Shown: positions 51,101-64,000 of the stretch, piece after piece | Position numbering within the stretch: position 1 is the first letter of the stretch | How the letters are laid out: every line of letters begins with the position of its first letter | Origin: Paraphysomonas bandaiensis | Taxonomy: Eukaryota; Protista; Chrysophyceae | DNA length: 64,000 nucleotides | NCBI GenBank assembly: GCA_965644295.1 | Contig: CBFFRP010000167.1 | Span: forward strand, 1-64,000 | Direction: 5' to 3' | The notes under the pieces: model-generated | Told to the model about the DNA's origin: nothing | Seen by the model: the letters and a program-made list of their open reading frames with translations, nothing else | Databases searched by the model: none | Made by a program: the position numbers and the translations under genes

Positions 51101-54100
51101 GCTTGTGACCCGTTGTTTTCTTCCATCTGCACTACGTACCCCACTGCTAAGGAGGAGGCAATAGTTGTATCGCCCCCCCGTATACCGCTGCGTCCTTCCA
51201 TTCAACTCGTGACCTCTGAGGTGGGCGGATTCTGTAGTTTGGATCTAGTAGTTGATGCGTCTGGTTCATTTGGCAACGGGGGGCGTGACTGGAAATTCAT
51301 TGGATGGGATGTAACTGCACTCCACGAGTCAAACACTAGTGTGGGTAGTGTAAAGTCTTGGCTGAATTCATTTGATGACATCTCGTCTCCTATAATTGTG
51401 CCTCTAAATATGTTTGAGAGTGGAACATACACGTTCTCGCTTTCGCTCTCTAATTTTCTTGCGGTTGGTGCATCAGAAGTTGTTCTCAAAACTATTGATG
51501 TCACGGTTGGGAACGTAGCTACGTTATCCCTTCCTGTATCTTTTGATGGGCCAGGTGAACGACATGTCAAATCTTTTGATGAGTTTAAGGCATCTGTATC
51601 GTATAAAATTCCGCCATGTATTTCAGTGAATATGACCTATATAGAATGGCAGGTATATCACGGTACACAATACATGCCCGTCATAGTGTCCACTAGTGCC
51701 ACTCCGTTTATATTTAGACTAGCACCTTACACTCTGAAGGCTGGCAAGGACTATACCCTGCTGGCAAAGGTATATTTACACAGCGGTCGACTTCTTGGTG
51801 CAGCAACACTTGCGGTTTCTGTAGCAGTTTCTTCTGTGCATCTGTCGATTAAGGGAGGAAGTACACAAGTTATTGCTGCCAATTCTGAAGTAGTGCTGGA
51901 TGCTTCTGAGTCGGTTATTGAAGATGTCTCCCCTGCCGAACCGACCACTGCGTGGGCCCCTAATATTACGTGGAGTTGTACATTCACAGGATATTCTTTT
52001 GGTAGTGCTACTTTTGGTGATGACTGCACGTATATATTTGGTCTGAATGTGTCTAACCCAATCTCATCGCTGAGACCGGTACCAATTCGGACCGTTCTCA
52101 TGGATGTTCACTCCGACTACACGTTTACAGCATCTACAGTATCCGGCAGTGGCACCACTGTATCGGAGAGTGTTCTTATTCGAGTGGCTGATTGCGGCCG
52201 TGACATAGCCGCCTCTGTGTCATTGCAGTCGACATTCAAGAAATTCAATGTGAACCATATTTTGCGTTTGTCTGGACTAATTACTCCTCCAGTGAATATT
52301 GATGAAGGATCTTATGCACTAAATGCAACATGGACCGTTCAAGATGGTATGGGAAAAGTAGTGGATACTGATGGACTCCTAAACACTCCATCTACAATCT
52401 CTTTAGGTGTTAATAGCCCCAGTGTGTATGCATTCAGCGCAAAACCCAGTTCTTTTATTGCTGATAGATATTATATATTCACCCTTAGTGCTATTATGTC
52501 TGCTGATACAGTATCTGCAATTACCTATGTTGAGATTACGCTCATGGGCAATGCACCTCCACAGTCTGGGACACTTGTATTATCTCCCCACGAAGGTATG
52601 TCATTCCAAACCAAATTTGTACTTAAGGCTCTATACTGGGTCGATGACATTGAAGACTACCCTCTATCATATGGGTTTGCTTTCTCGAAAACACCGTATG
52701 ATCGCAGTTTTTCCCTCGGATTACACTCTCACATGACTTATGTTGAAACAGTTTTACCCGCAGGATTAGAGAGTTTAATGTCTCAACTGTGGTGTTCTGT
52801 TACTGTGTCGGACTTTTATGAAGCATCCACATCATCAAGCACAGTTGTCACTGTTCGCAATACACCAGTTGGTGATACCTTATATGAGGAACTTGAAGCG
52901 GATCTGACTTACGCTCTGGCCACTTTGGATGTCGATCTGATAGCACAAACAATCAACAGCGTCGTCCTATCCTTCGCCTCAAGTGAGTGCTCCTCTGCGC
53001 CGAATTGTGCTTCCTTAAATCGGCATGAGTGCAGCTCTACGGCACACACTTGTGGCTCTTGTTTTGACGGATACATTGGTGTCGTAGAAGATGCTAATAT
53101 CGCATGCGTGGAAAATGACTCAAACCTTGGTGAAATTGGAGATTCATGTGGATCACACAACGAGTGTATACACGGCTATTGCGATAGCGGGCTATGCCGA
53201 CATGGCCCGAAAGAGTGCCCTACATCTATTTTGGGTGCAACATGTTCTGGTCATGGGACTTGTGAACCGTATAGTATTATTAGTGGGGAATTGTTAGTGG
53301 AATGCTCTTATGGTGATGGGTATTGTTCTTCGCGATGTGTTTGCGACACAGATTTCTTTGGTACAGTATGCAACATGACATCTGAGGAGTACCGCAGTCG
53401 TACAGAGACAAGAGAACTAATGTGCAGTACGATGCAACACTTTTACAATCTCGTTGACCACTCTTATCAACTAGCCAATATTATGACAGCGACTACTGTG
53501 GAGATGTACCATCCGTTGGAAATAACATCTACTAGCGGGATATCGAAATGCCTTGATGTACTACTGTCGCTCATTAATATCAGCGATGCTGGATATCTGA
53601 GAAATGATGATCTTTTAGTAGTGGGTGCTAATATATCCCCCCATGTTTTATATGCAGATATTATTGGCAAGTTCACGGAATCACTTGTCTATCTCCGCGA
53701 CCTCCGGTATTCAGGCGAAGATATCCAATCTCTCATTGTTGAATTAGAAGCCAGTGTGAATCGTGCCACTTCTTCTTTAGGCAATAGCATAAATAACGAC
53801 ATGGTTCCTGGTGAGAGTAGTGTGGAGTTAATATCCAGTGGACTCCGAATGTCAATTCGGTACGATGCGGTAGATTCTCTAAATGGTGCTTTACTTCGTC
53901 CGCCGTCCACAATTGCTGCTCGTTCTCATGGTGACCTGGTTTCCAGTATAGTTTTACCTAGTACTGGCATGCAAATGTGCAAGCCTACTATAGGCAACGG
54001 TTATATGCGTTTTTCTGTGGTTGAATGGGATAGTGTCCCTTACGCTTCGGTGAATTTTACTGAGAACGGAACAACCGCTACACTAGGATCAAGAATACTC

Positions 54101-57100
54101 AGGTTTTCATCGATGATGTCTACCGCACAAGAAGAATCGCAATTTATAGGAAATAGCTCAGGAAGTGATACATACACGCTCACAATGCAGTATGCGAATG
54201 CGCAAGATTGGAGTATTCATTCTCCTAGCTGTGCGATTGCCTCTGATGGGCTTATGGAAGCATGCCCTTGTGTTGCAGTATCCCATACTCCGTACAATGT
54301 AACTTACGAGTGCAATAATTTACTCAGTTTATGCCCTCCAATTCAATCTGCTTCGAGAAGAAAATTAGTTGAACTTCAACACTGGGGTGACAGGAGGCAT
54401 CCTCATTACACCTTCCATGTTTCTATGCAACGCAGGCTTGATTTTGACTATGCTGGAGAGGCAGATGATGGGAGCGAAGACGGAAGTATAGTAGAATATC
54501 TTGCCCTCGTTACTAGCATTGGAACTACTTCTGTGAATACATTGTCAAATGAGCCTCAAAACATAGATGATATTAAGGCCGCAATGCCTGTTATTATAAT
54601 GATGACTGCATTAGTGTGCACTTTGTTCGTAGGGTTGATAATTTTACATCGATGGGATATCTATGACTTTAACTACGTTCGATATGTTATTCGCTGCTTA
54701 CCGCGGCGAAAGTACAAGCGTCCCTATGAGGCGAGGGCCTTCGACATACGTAACGCTTTTATCGAGAAGGGATTTGTCGCCGACAAAGAAAAGTCCGCAA
54801 TAAACGACCTTCAGATGTTTAGGGTGACACACCCTGTTATTCCGTCAGCCTTGTCGCCAAATGATGCGGTTTCACTTTCTGCTTCTGCTGATCAAAGCAT
54901 TACCGACAGAAGTGCATTTAACTTCGAGTTCTTTTCGGACCCACTTCAATTTGATTCTCAGGATGTATTTGATGACAAGGCTGATGAAAGTCTGACGAAG
55001 ACCAGAGAAAATGTCTCAATCGAAGGGAGCTTACCGTTAGAGGACACATCATACAAGTCATACATAAATTTCGACAACAACTCTAAATCCATTGACAAAA
55101 TTGGACATAAGATCGCTACATTCTTCGATCAAGCATTACCGCCTACAAGTCTACTGAACGAAAAGAGTGGATGGCTTAGATTTATCAAGGCTATCTTTCG
55201 TGAACATCATTGGTAAGTGTTTGTTTACGGCTTGTGCCCACAGTTATGTTGTGATTTTTAGGGTTAGGATGTATACGTATGCTTCTATTCGTCTTCCGAG
55301 AACTATCAGGCTCATGGTCCTGTATTCGAATGTCCTTATCCTTTTATTTGCGGATACATTATTTTATGGGATACTCTTTCCTGATAACGGACATTGTGAA
55401 GAATACAGCGGAACCACGTCTGTGAGGTGCTTGAAGGAGCCATCAAAATTTCAGAGTGGCGAGAGTCTCTGTGATTGGGACGTTGAGACTGAAGAATGCA
55501 TTGTTCGTCCTCCTCCAACGACGATTCAGTTTTACGCAATTGTGGCGGTATTTGTGACATGTTTCTCTGTTCTTCCGGAAGTATTTTGCGGCTATCTACT
55601 CGAAGAAGTTTGTTCAAAGAAGCCAGTGTTCAACACGAGCCAAACGGACAATTATGATCAGTTTTCTACCTCTTCTGATGTACGGGATGATAATATTTTC
55701 AGTAACAGTGGAGTGCTTAATACCGTTGTCAGTAAATACGCTTATTTCGACTTCATGGAGCTATCGGAAGAGGCTAACGCTCTCATAAAATCAGTACGCA
55801 ATTGCTTGCATGAAGAGATCGGCACATCGCCTGTACCCTGGAGAGTTTCAAGGTGGAAGGAAAGTCAGATTGCGAATGCTAAAGCTCTCATGGATTCACT
55901 AGGAGTGTATCCAGATGGCACACCTGTACCGCTCACTCTGAGACAAAAGCTATTTTTTGGATCCAGTCGCAAAAGAGTTGAATGGAAGCTTAGGAAAGTT
56001 CGAACTCAGTCAAAGATAATTTTGGATGAAATAGAGTCATTTACTTATGCAACGGAAGATTGCAAGGATACCACTTTGATCCAGCATTTTATTCTGGAGC
56101 AGCTCACACCATTCAAAAGGTATGCGTTGAAGCGGGAGTTTTTTCAGTTTGACTATGCCGAACCCGAAACTGTTAATGGATTTGTGTGGCTGTCAACGTG
56201 GATGTTCCTCATCTCGGTCTGGATGTTCCTAGTGTACTGGATTTTTCAATGGGCGATGCTGAATAATGGCTCCACTTTAAATGGCTGGATGGCTGCCATT
56301 TTTTTTGTTCTTCTGCAGGATATTTTCATCAACGACGTGATGCAAGTGTTTGTTGTTCATGTGATCGTTATTGAGGCAATGCGACCTCAGTTGAGAAAGA
56401 TTTATTCCACTCTTAATAGTATCATGGCTGACAAAGCATTTGAATCAGAATCTGCGCTAACTGAGAGTATTAATCGTGTTCGTGTGGTTCAACACTTGTC
56501 CGCTGCGTGTCGCGCGGCTCGACATCCTAAAGTGTCACATTTACCGTCCGCTAGGTTGCTGATGCGAGTATCTGACTACGACGTGGCAATGTGTAGGGAT
56601 GAGAGAGGTGTCAAGATTGGCTGGTTTACAATGGCACTATTGGCTATTCCCACTGCACTTGCACTTAGCCACGAATCGGTACAAGAAAGCTTTCTGGATG
56701 TTGTATTTCCAACACTATGGTCTTGCTTTGTCATTGCTAACGCCTATCTATACGACGTTTCGCCCTTCGCACTTGCTGTTCCGTACAGTGTATTGTTTCT
56801 GCATTTATTCTACCGCCACATGTGGTTGGTACCGCGTCACAGAACTCAGCAAAAACAGGACTCTCTCTATGGTGGTTCTATTATGAATCCAGTATATATC
56901 CGCGACACGGAATGTACCTCATCAATCTCAATGTCGAGTTCCTGCAAGCATTCACCTGGGGCACAGGCGCGACAGTGGCAGAACATGAATAAACCGCTGC
57001 AGTGCAGAGCCAGCACGCTAGATTCGTTAACGAAACCAGAGGCAACACAGGATGACTCATGCAGTGTAGTGTCGGAGATATCCTGCGAGATATCCTATAG

Positions 57101-57443
57101 AAGCTGTGGGGCTGGTATAAAGAGTAGTACGGGGGCAGACTCAATATACTTATCCGATAACAACACTCCCCATCCGTGTAGTACCCTGCCATCTGAGATA
57201 TTGCGGCTTCAGAAAATCAAAAAAATAGAGAAATTTCAACACAGAGAGAAAGGCACGAATGGGGTCACAAAGTTGATGAATAAGTATGTCTGGAATGCTG
57301 CGCGTGTTGACAATTTGGAGTTCGAAATTCCAGAACAGTGCTCTAACCCGGAACTAGAAATTAACCTTTGTGATACTTGTTACGATGAGTGTTCTTTCGA
57401 GTTGGAAAAACTCGAGGAATTGTCAAAAGATTCAAGCGTGTAG
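48134..57443 (+). CDS. Giant (~3,090 aa) REJ/polycystin-1-like multi-pass surface receptor (single intron 55213-55261)
   Basis: Signal peptide from ATG 48134; Pro/Thr stalk at 49201-49570; REJ-type motifs VVDASGS.G.GGRDW, LAPYTLKAG, VLDASES, NAPPQSG.L.LSP.EG....T.F...A..W.DD.EDYPLSY.F; EGF-like Cys clusters (CSGHGTC...C.CD..FFG..C); ~8 predicted TM helices. Confidence 0.85.
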
Positions 57444-58474
57444 TGTTATGTATTTAAATTAGTTTTTTCATGGAATGTAAACGGTATGTCTCTAAGCGTT
57501 TTACGTGTTACTTTTTTTTTAAATTAAAAATTTTTTAAAACTTTTTTAAACTAATGAGAATATGCAATCACTTGTTATAAACAAATTGCGACGCATCCCT
57601 TTTCTCATATTTTGGATTGGTACTTAAATAAGATGTCTACAATTATTTCCCCATTGTGTATAGAGAATTTGTTTTTAGCATGGATCGGGTTCAACAGAAC
57701 ACTCATGTCAGCACTAGGAAAATACAGGCATCAACTCCAATATTCCTTTTGAAAAATGAACTATTTATTGTTTGTTATGATATATATCTAATACCGACAG
57801 TCATTACATCACACAATTTTAGGAAAAGCACAGTGATATATCAACTTTCAAGAGCAATGTACCAAACACTTAAGTTACTCCGTCCTTTGTTTGGTGACGA
57901 ATATAAGAGTGCACGTGATGTATCTTCAAACCAGAACTTCGCAACGTTAGTATTTGAAGATATTTGCTTTTAAGAAGGTGATTTGGAATTTGGAGAAGAG
58001 GTACGCGTTCTTTCCCATTATAGAGTCGACAAGTTCTTTTATTGTTAGTTTCACTAGCAAAAATTAAGCGTGCTGTACATAAACGCGATGATGATTCGAA
58101 AATGACAACAAGAACCCCGTGTGAAATTAATCGTCACTTTCTTGTCAGACGTTGTTCCCTCTAAGTATTCTTCTGGCATTTGTTGTAGCTATTACTGAAA
58201 TTAGGGATTAAAATTTATTGGTTTGAGTTAATTGCCATTAAGTCGAGGTAATACCAAAACCTGGTGAAATGTATAAAACCGGGCGAAATTTTTGATGATG
58301 GTTGGAAAAGGGTATAACTATGCACAATAAGTATATATGAAGATATTAACAGTGTGAAAACTATTATTTATAATATTTTTTACTAATTTCTTCCATATTA
58401 CTTCAGTTTTACAGCTATAAAAGTCACCGACTACACATATATATATAACAGAGATTCACAAGTATGAACTATAA

Positions 58475-58536
58475 CCATCTCACTATACACCACTTTACCA
58501 TCTCACTATACACCACTATACCATCTCACTATACAA
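58475..58536. repeat. Tandem repeat, 23-bp unit, ~2.7 copies
   Basis: ACCATCTCACTATACACCACT[T/A]T repeated. Confidence 0.85.
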
Positions 58537-58974
58537 CGACGACCCGGAGTAAGAGATACCACGAAAGCACCCGAGCACGGTAAGTAATACTGCTCATAAA
58601 GATGATGACGGGGCCGTCGAATCCCAGCAGAAAGCAGATCTGATACCTCCCACTGTTGCTGAACTTCGTCAGGAAATGATGCCCGGTCTAGCAGAACTTC
58701 GTGACCTTTTCATGAGAAGAAATGACGATCCACTACCTGCAAATGATCCTCCACCTGCTTATGATCCTCCACCTACTAGTAATGTGCCCCCAGCGGCTGT
58801 TGCCGCATCGTTTCCGAGCATAATTCCCATATAGGTAGATATCACTGGTTTGAAAAAATATTTAGATAAGCTACAATTTAACCTAGGGATAAGGAATATC
58901 ATCCCTCTATTCCTAATTTAAAATTTGATCCCTTCGCCCTCGTTTCAAAATTTTGAGCGCGGGACGATATATAG

Positions 58975-59314
58975 CAGGTAACTATTATTATATTATTAAT
59001 GGATCTTAACACCTGACTAGAAAATATTGCCCACAATAGATTGTGTTGATTCCCCTTACTTACTAATTAAGTTAAATAACTGACTCCGCATCGTTACTAC
59101 ACATCATCATTCTTCTTGAACGCTACTGGCACATCAGGATCATCTTGCTAGGCTTCGTGATGGAGAGATGGAGAGGAGTAGCATCCCACAACAGCTAATT
59201 TGCTCGTAGGAATATAGTAACGATGCTAGACTATATTAATTCATGTTTCGACGCTCAGGTGTCATAATCAACTTTGCACGAGTAAAGGTACCACATCCTG
59301 CAATACAACCCCCG
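58975..59314 (-). mobile_element. Decayed hAT derivative nested in the palindromic dispersed repeat
   Basis: Minus strand 59286-59181 reads FTRAKLIMTPERRNMN*YSL...FLRAN*LLWDA (hAT dimerisation domain with stops and a frameshift). The insert starts CAGG and splits a sequence that is contiguous at 16211-16260. Confidence 0.6.
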
Positions 59315-60121
59315 CATAACCCGTGGTTAAAATAAAACTATGAAAATGATTATCCCAAGGCAGTTTAACGTTGAACAAGTGAATGACGTTACCCAAGCAA
59401 ACCGAAAATGTGCCATACAATTGAAATTTCAAAGTTGTATCATTATTACGTTCTACGTTCTACGTGCTTCAGATGAGATCATCACACTGTCTCACCCTTA
59501 CAATATGTGAGTGCGACCGATTATGAAATCTACTCTATATTTATATCATAAGCGTGGTAATAACGCTGTCTGAAAAGCACAACGATTTTAATCATTATTT
59601 TAAAATAGCTTGGAACAATGAGAAATCAATGATATTGAAATACGCTTAAATCGAATCCAGTTTTTTGGCAATGAGTGAATTACACTTTATAGTTATTCGG
59701 CGAAGAAGAAAGTGTTTTATAAAATTTCTATTACTTATTATCCAGGGTACATACATCATTACGGTAAATAGAGAGAATACTAGTTCCAATAATTTGTACT
59801 GATTTTTTCTAACTTCAAGATGTAATAAGATTATATCAAATATAGCACAACAGCTTCGAAATTACGGGTGCGGCATTCTTATCATCAGATACACCCCCCG
59901 TAACTCCCAACCGCAATGTGCTTATGAAAGCAAAGTCTTCAGTATATACCCCACCTGTAATTGGATTTCTGATAAGCATCATAATTTACTTGTGTACAAA
60001 AACACATTATGGGTGTACACCCAAAACACTGGTAAAAAATTTCGTATTGTAGAAACATTCACCATCAAAATATTATAATGGAACGATCCCGCACTCTGAC
60101 GGAACGTTAAAATTGTTCGCT

Positions 60122-61823
60122 CTAGTCCTGGCCCAACAGTGTGGTGGACATGGGATCACGAACATGGGATGCAGAAGCATGGGTGGCAGGTGTACTTATC
60201 AAACGGCGTGATGGAGGGATATTCATTGATGTAGGAGGTGTATAGTTGCAACCATGTCCATTGCTTCCAGTGGAGGCTAAAGATGAAAGGGAGTTGCGTG
60301 ACTCAGAATTCGTTGATGATGAATAGTTGCTTGAAACACTGCCACTGCTGCTTGATGTCGTACTACCACTAGTGGTGCGAGATATGTGTGACCCAGGGGA
60401 GCATGGAGAGGGCTGGTGAAAAGGCACTAGACGGACAGCGCGGGAAGCCTCGCTCTTGTAGCGCGGTGGTACAGCACGTTGTGGGTGAGAAGATACATAC
60501 GAAGAATCTCCAGGGAGATTCTCAGCGGGGAAATCTGTTCGAAGTTGTCGTGTGTGTGTACCCCCGTAATGACCAATTAGAAATGACTCGTAGTCTCCTT
60601 CCGTTTTCCCACTTACCACGCCTGAATGATGGTGCCCACTCGTACTGTTATTGGAATCCATGAACCATGCCATATAATCGCTTGACGACCAAGGTCGTGA
60701 AGGATACTGTCCATGAGGTTGTTGCTGATACTGCGTAAAATGCGAATCAGAATTAGTGTTGAGTTGCCGCTGATTTTGCGATCCTAAACTTCCGCTTCGT
60801 GAACTTCTTGTGAGTTCAGCAATCGCTTCACTGGCTGTGCTGAGATCCGTTGAAGATGCAGATGGAAAAAACTTTCTCTCATGTCGAGGAAGCGGACGGA
60901 GGTGAGATGGGATCGCGGAAGGCGCACGGGAATCATTTGAAGGCAGCGAAGAGTGGATTTGGTTACCATGAATGTCAAGTTTTTGCATCCATATGCGTGT
61001 TTTAAACAGAGAAAATAGGTCGCGAACAAGCTCGCGGAAATCCACGCGGCTACAAAATCGTTATAACTACACCAACTCATAAAAAATAAGTAATACCTGT
61101 CAGCCATGTAGGAATAGGTTAGTTTATTTCGGTCGAACTGAAACTCTGCGTCCACCACAAGAATTGGCAGTCGGCGACGAGCGGCGAGCTCGTTACATAT
61201 ATGCAAAGCTCGGTCTTCGTCGCGGACTTTAGTAAATAGATTTTTTTTCTCATTATCCGAAACCCGTCCTATAATTTTACGAAAAACTTCTTTTCCACTC
61301 GCATCGAAGAATGGTACAGAGTCAGATGACTGTACAGTCACATCACAGACAACACCTGCATCCTCTCATATGAGCTCATACTGTGTTTAATACCATCACA
61401 TACATACCGATATCATGCCCGCGGTCACCTTCTACTTTAACAAAATCTCCCACTACAAAATCTTCTGCACATGCCGTACTTTTCTCAAAATGTCCTCTGC
61501 CCCTCTTAAATTCCACCTATACACATACATACACACATCATAACACATATATATATATACAAACATATCCCCTCAACAGCATCTCTCTATATATAGTCAC
61601 ATAATCTCACCTCATATACGAGAAACTCCGATGCGTTATATCTGGAACCGATCATTCCACTATCAACCGCCCTGACATCTCGTCTAGACATGTCTGTATA
61701 TATCTGTCGATTACTCCGCCACTGGGACTCCATGTATCCCTCGTCCATGATCATATCCATATAATCCATCCCCCCTTGATATATTTCCTCATCCATCCGG
61801 GTCTCATTATCCCGGAATGCCAT
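60122..61823 (-). CDS. PSP1 C-terminal domain protein (RicT/YaaT-related) with a Ser-rich tail, multi-exon
   Basis: VEFKRGRG...FVVGDFVKVEGDRGHDIG; KVRDEDRALHIC...LPILVVDAEFQFDRNKLTYSYMADSRVDFRELVRDLFSLFKTRIWM. Confidence 0.9.
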
Positions 61824-62345
61824 TCTCTATATTAAGAAGCAGTCTATAGTATATATATACCCTTACGAGGCTCTATTGAGGTTATGTAGTGGCTGTACTG
61901 TATATAAGAGCATAGTATGGGAATTGGCGTACTAAAAGTCACCGCTAAAGAGTCATTTTGATTCTGTGCTGACGTGAGCATGTTGAAGGGGTTTAAGGAC
62001 CCTTTTTTTCCCATATCCTGATGCGTCATTCTTACCCTCCATGAAAATAATTCATAAGAATGACATACTCTGTATTCCAAGTGAATACAGTGGAAAAATA
62101 ATATTAACGTATATTTAGATTAGGGTGTATGCGATATAAGTATGTGTTAAAAACAAATGTATTCCGTATGTACGTATATTGGTATACTCTACACGTATGA
62201 ATAGGCGCTAGAGAATACCTGGAATATTATAGCAGCAGCAGTGTGTGAGTGTATGATACGAGCGACAGGAACTGAGCTCACTAGATAGATAGGAACATAC
62301 ACATATATATAGCCATACGGCGTGAATCTTAAAGAACCGTAAAAC

Positions 62346-63541
62346 ATGAGTTTATCGACCACATCAGCATCAATCACACCATACTATGGACGAACTATGG
62401 TTCTTGGTAGTAACGATGCGGAGGTAAAGGAGACTATGTCTCAGCTATCTCTCTTGTCAGGTGAACTCTCTCAACAACACTATAGAACTAATGGATCAGA
62501 GTGGAAAGCACTACAAGAGAGTGTTAATTCAATTGCTAATCATATTGCTGGAGGGGAGTATAGAGTTGATCTGTATAAACTGAATCTGCTACGGAATGCA
62601 GTTATTCCCTATATACGAAAACTGAAATCTCGACTTATACTGAATAAAGCACGGTTCTCTCAGATACAAACACTTCTAAACCTTTTATCATGTGATGTAA
62701 ATAATGGGCATTCGATTGGTGATGATCACCCTGCTGTGACGCTTCTAATGATCGATGACATAGTGGCTAGTATAGTGCGGGAGGGTGGATGGTGGAAGAG
62801 CGAATTTGCATCTCAACTTCAGGTGGCTGTCGATTATGAATGGCGACCGATACTCGATGACAATAGGCACGTATATAAACGAATTAGCACTCTGCTGTTG
62901 TATATTGTATAATTTCCTGAGCTTCCACCTGACAATTACGTGATCTATTTTTTTCATGCAGGCGGGCGCTGCAGAGTATTGGGAGTAAGCTTGCGGCGGT
63001 TGGGCTAATTGAAATTGTCCGTCCTGTGCTACTTGTGTGGCCCATATGGATGATTGTAACCGAAGTTCTTACTATCGTCCGCAGTGTTAATGAAAAACGT
63101 GGCCTGCATCCAGACTCTATCATTCAGCTATGCAAATCTGCTGTACTGTTAGTTGTCGTGTATATCCTCATCATGCTGGTAGGGATGATGCCAGGGTTAG
63201 GATACTCAAGTATGCTTCTCGGGGCAGCGTGTTTAATGGTGTCGTCTACGCCTGCCCTGCTAAAGCACGCATGTCCATACATTGCCCCTAATCTAGCTCA
63301 ATTTCAGTTTGCAATTCATCAACTCGAAAAATTTGAAACGGGTACTTTGGGGGCTTTTCGGACAGCTTCCACGTCCTCAGAGAGACTTCGTCAAGAGCAG
63401 GGATTATGTGATATACGAGTCGAAGAGATATCGGAAGAAAATAAAGAATCACCCCACCGAGATTCTGATGAACCATCGGTCCATCACAGAAGTGATGGTG
63501 ATCAAATAGATACCACACTTGGAATTAGAAAAAGAAAGTAG
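62346..63541 (+). CDS. Uncharacterised membrane protein (1 probable intron, ~62894-62961)
   Basis: ORFs 62346-62912 and the frame of 63026-63541 can be joined across a short GT..AG gap. The C-terminal half has 3-4 hydrophobic segments. No family recognised. Confidence 0.6.
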
Positions 63542-64000
63542 TGAATGATCTACAGTAATTTATGTTAACTAAAAGTGTATCGGTGTCGCTAGAGTATCTA
63601 TTCTATTCTACATAGCTATATCTGCTGCAAGATTGAATCGCTCGAAGCTTGTGTGGGAAATTACTTTGCGTTGTTGTAATGCACTACACATTTAATCATG
63701 CGTAGTATTTTAGAGAGCATTATGCATCTTCACTGCTAAACAAAAAGCTTCAAGTAGGCGACATACAATTGAAAACTATCTGACAGCATATTCTATGTCA
63801 TTAGGATCACTTAAATTGTGACTACATGCTACACAGCTACACAGGCATTCTATTTTCTATAGAAGAATGTTGTGTGAGAGTAAAAGGACAATATGTATAA
63901 TGCATTACATTAACATATAAACTACAATTATTAGTTCGACCCTATTGAAAATTATATTCCTATACAAGCACATATTCAGGTTAGGGCTATATATTACACT

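Noticed and set aside
32985-57443. Possible ciliary gene cluster (MOK, BART protein, kinesin, PKD1-like)
   Set aside because: These genes are interspersed with unrelated ones (CXIP4, TIM17). Ciliary genes are numerous in flagellates, so enrichment cannot be shown from one window.
57656-57973. ORF with faint similarity to a retroelement RT motif (IYQLSRAMYQTLKLLRPL)
   Set aside because: Too weak: no catalytic YxDD motif, a non-ATG start and AT-rich context.
58475-58536. 23-bp repeat as a possible CRISPR array
   Set aside because: The units are contiguous with no spacers, there are no cas genes, and the context is eukaryotic.

Overview
Eukaryotic nuclear DNA with the standard genetic code, short GT-AG introns (mostly ~45-90 nt) and high gene density. 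The gene set (MOK/LF4-type kinase, BART-domain protein, REJ/PKD1-like giant membrane protein, CXIP4, PSP1, RsmI, receiver-domain protein) fits a flagellated protist, most likely a stramenopile such as a chrysophyte (inference only). The window opens with a young Ty1/copia LTR retrotransposon (LTRs identical over the visible 245 bp; one 1-nt frameshift in integrase; no canonical PBS next to the LTR). It then carries 18 host genes, 14 of them in head-to-head pairs. It also holds an internally deleted Tc1/mariner element (27-bp TIRs, TA TSD), an internally deleted hAT element (23-bp TIRs, 8-bp TSD) with several relatives including a 103-bp MITE, and several unclassified dispersed or tandem repeats. 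The most notable items are a ~3,090-aa polycystin-1/adhesion-receptor-like protein with an apparent triple lectin-like head, a TFIIE-beta carrying a ~100-aa inserted beta-rich domain, and the atypical priming region and extra post-integrase domain of the copia element. No tRNA, rRNA or CRISPR array was seen. All family assignments are by motif recognition by eye; no database search was run.
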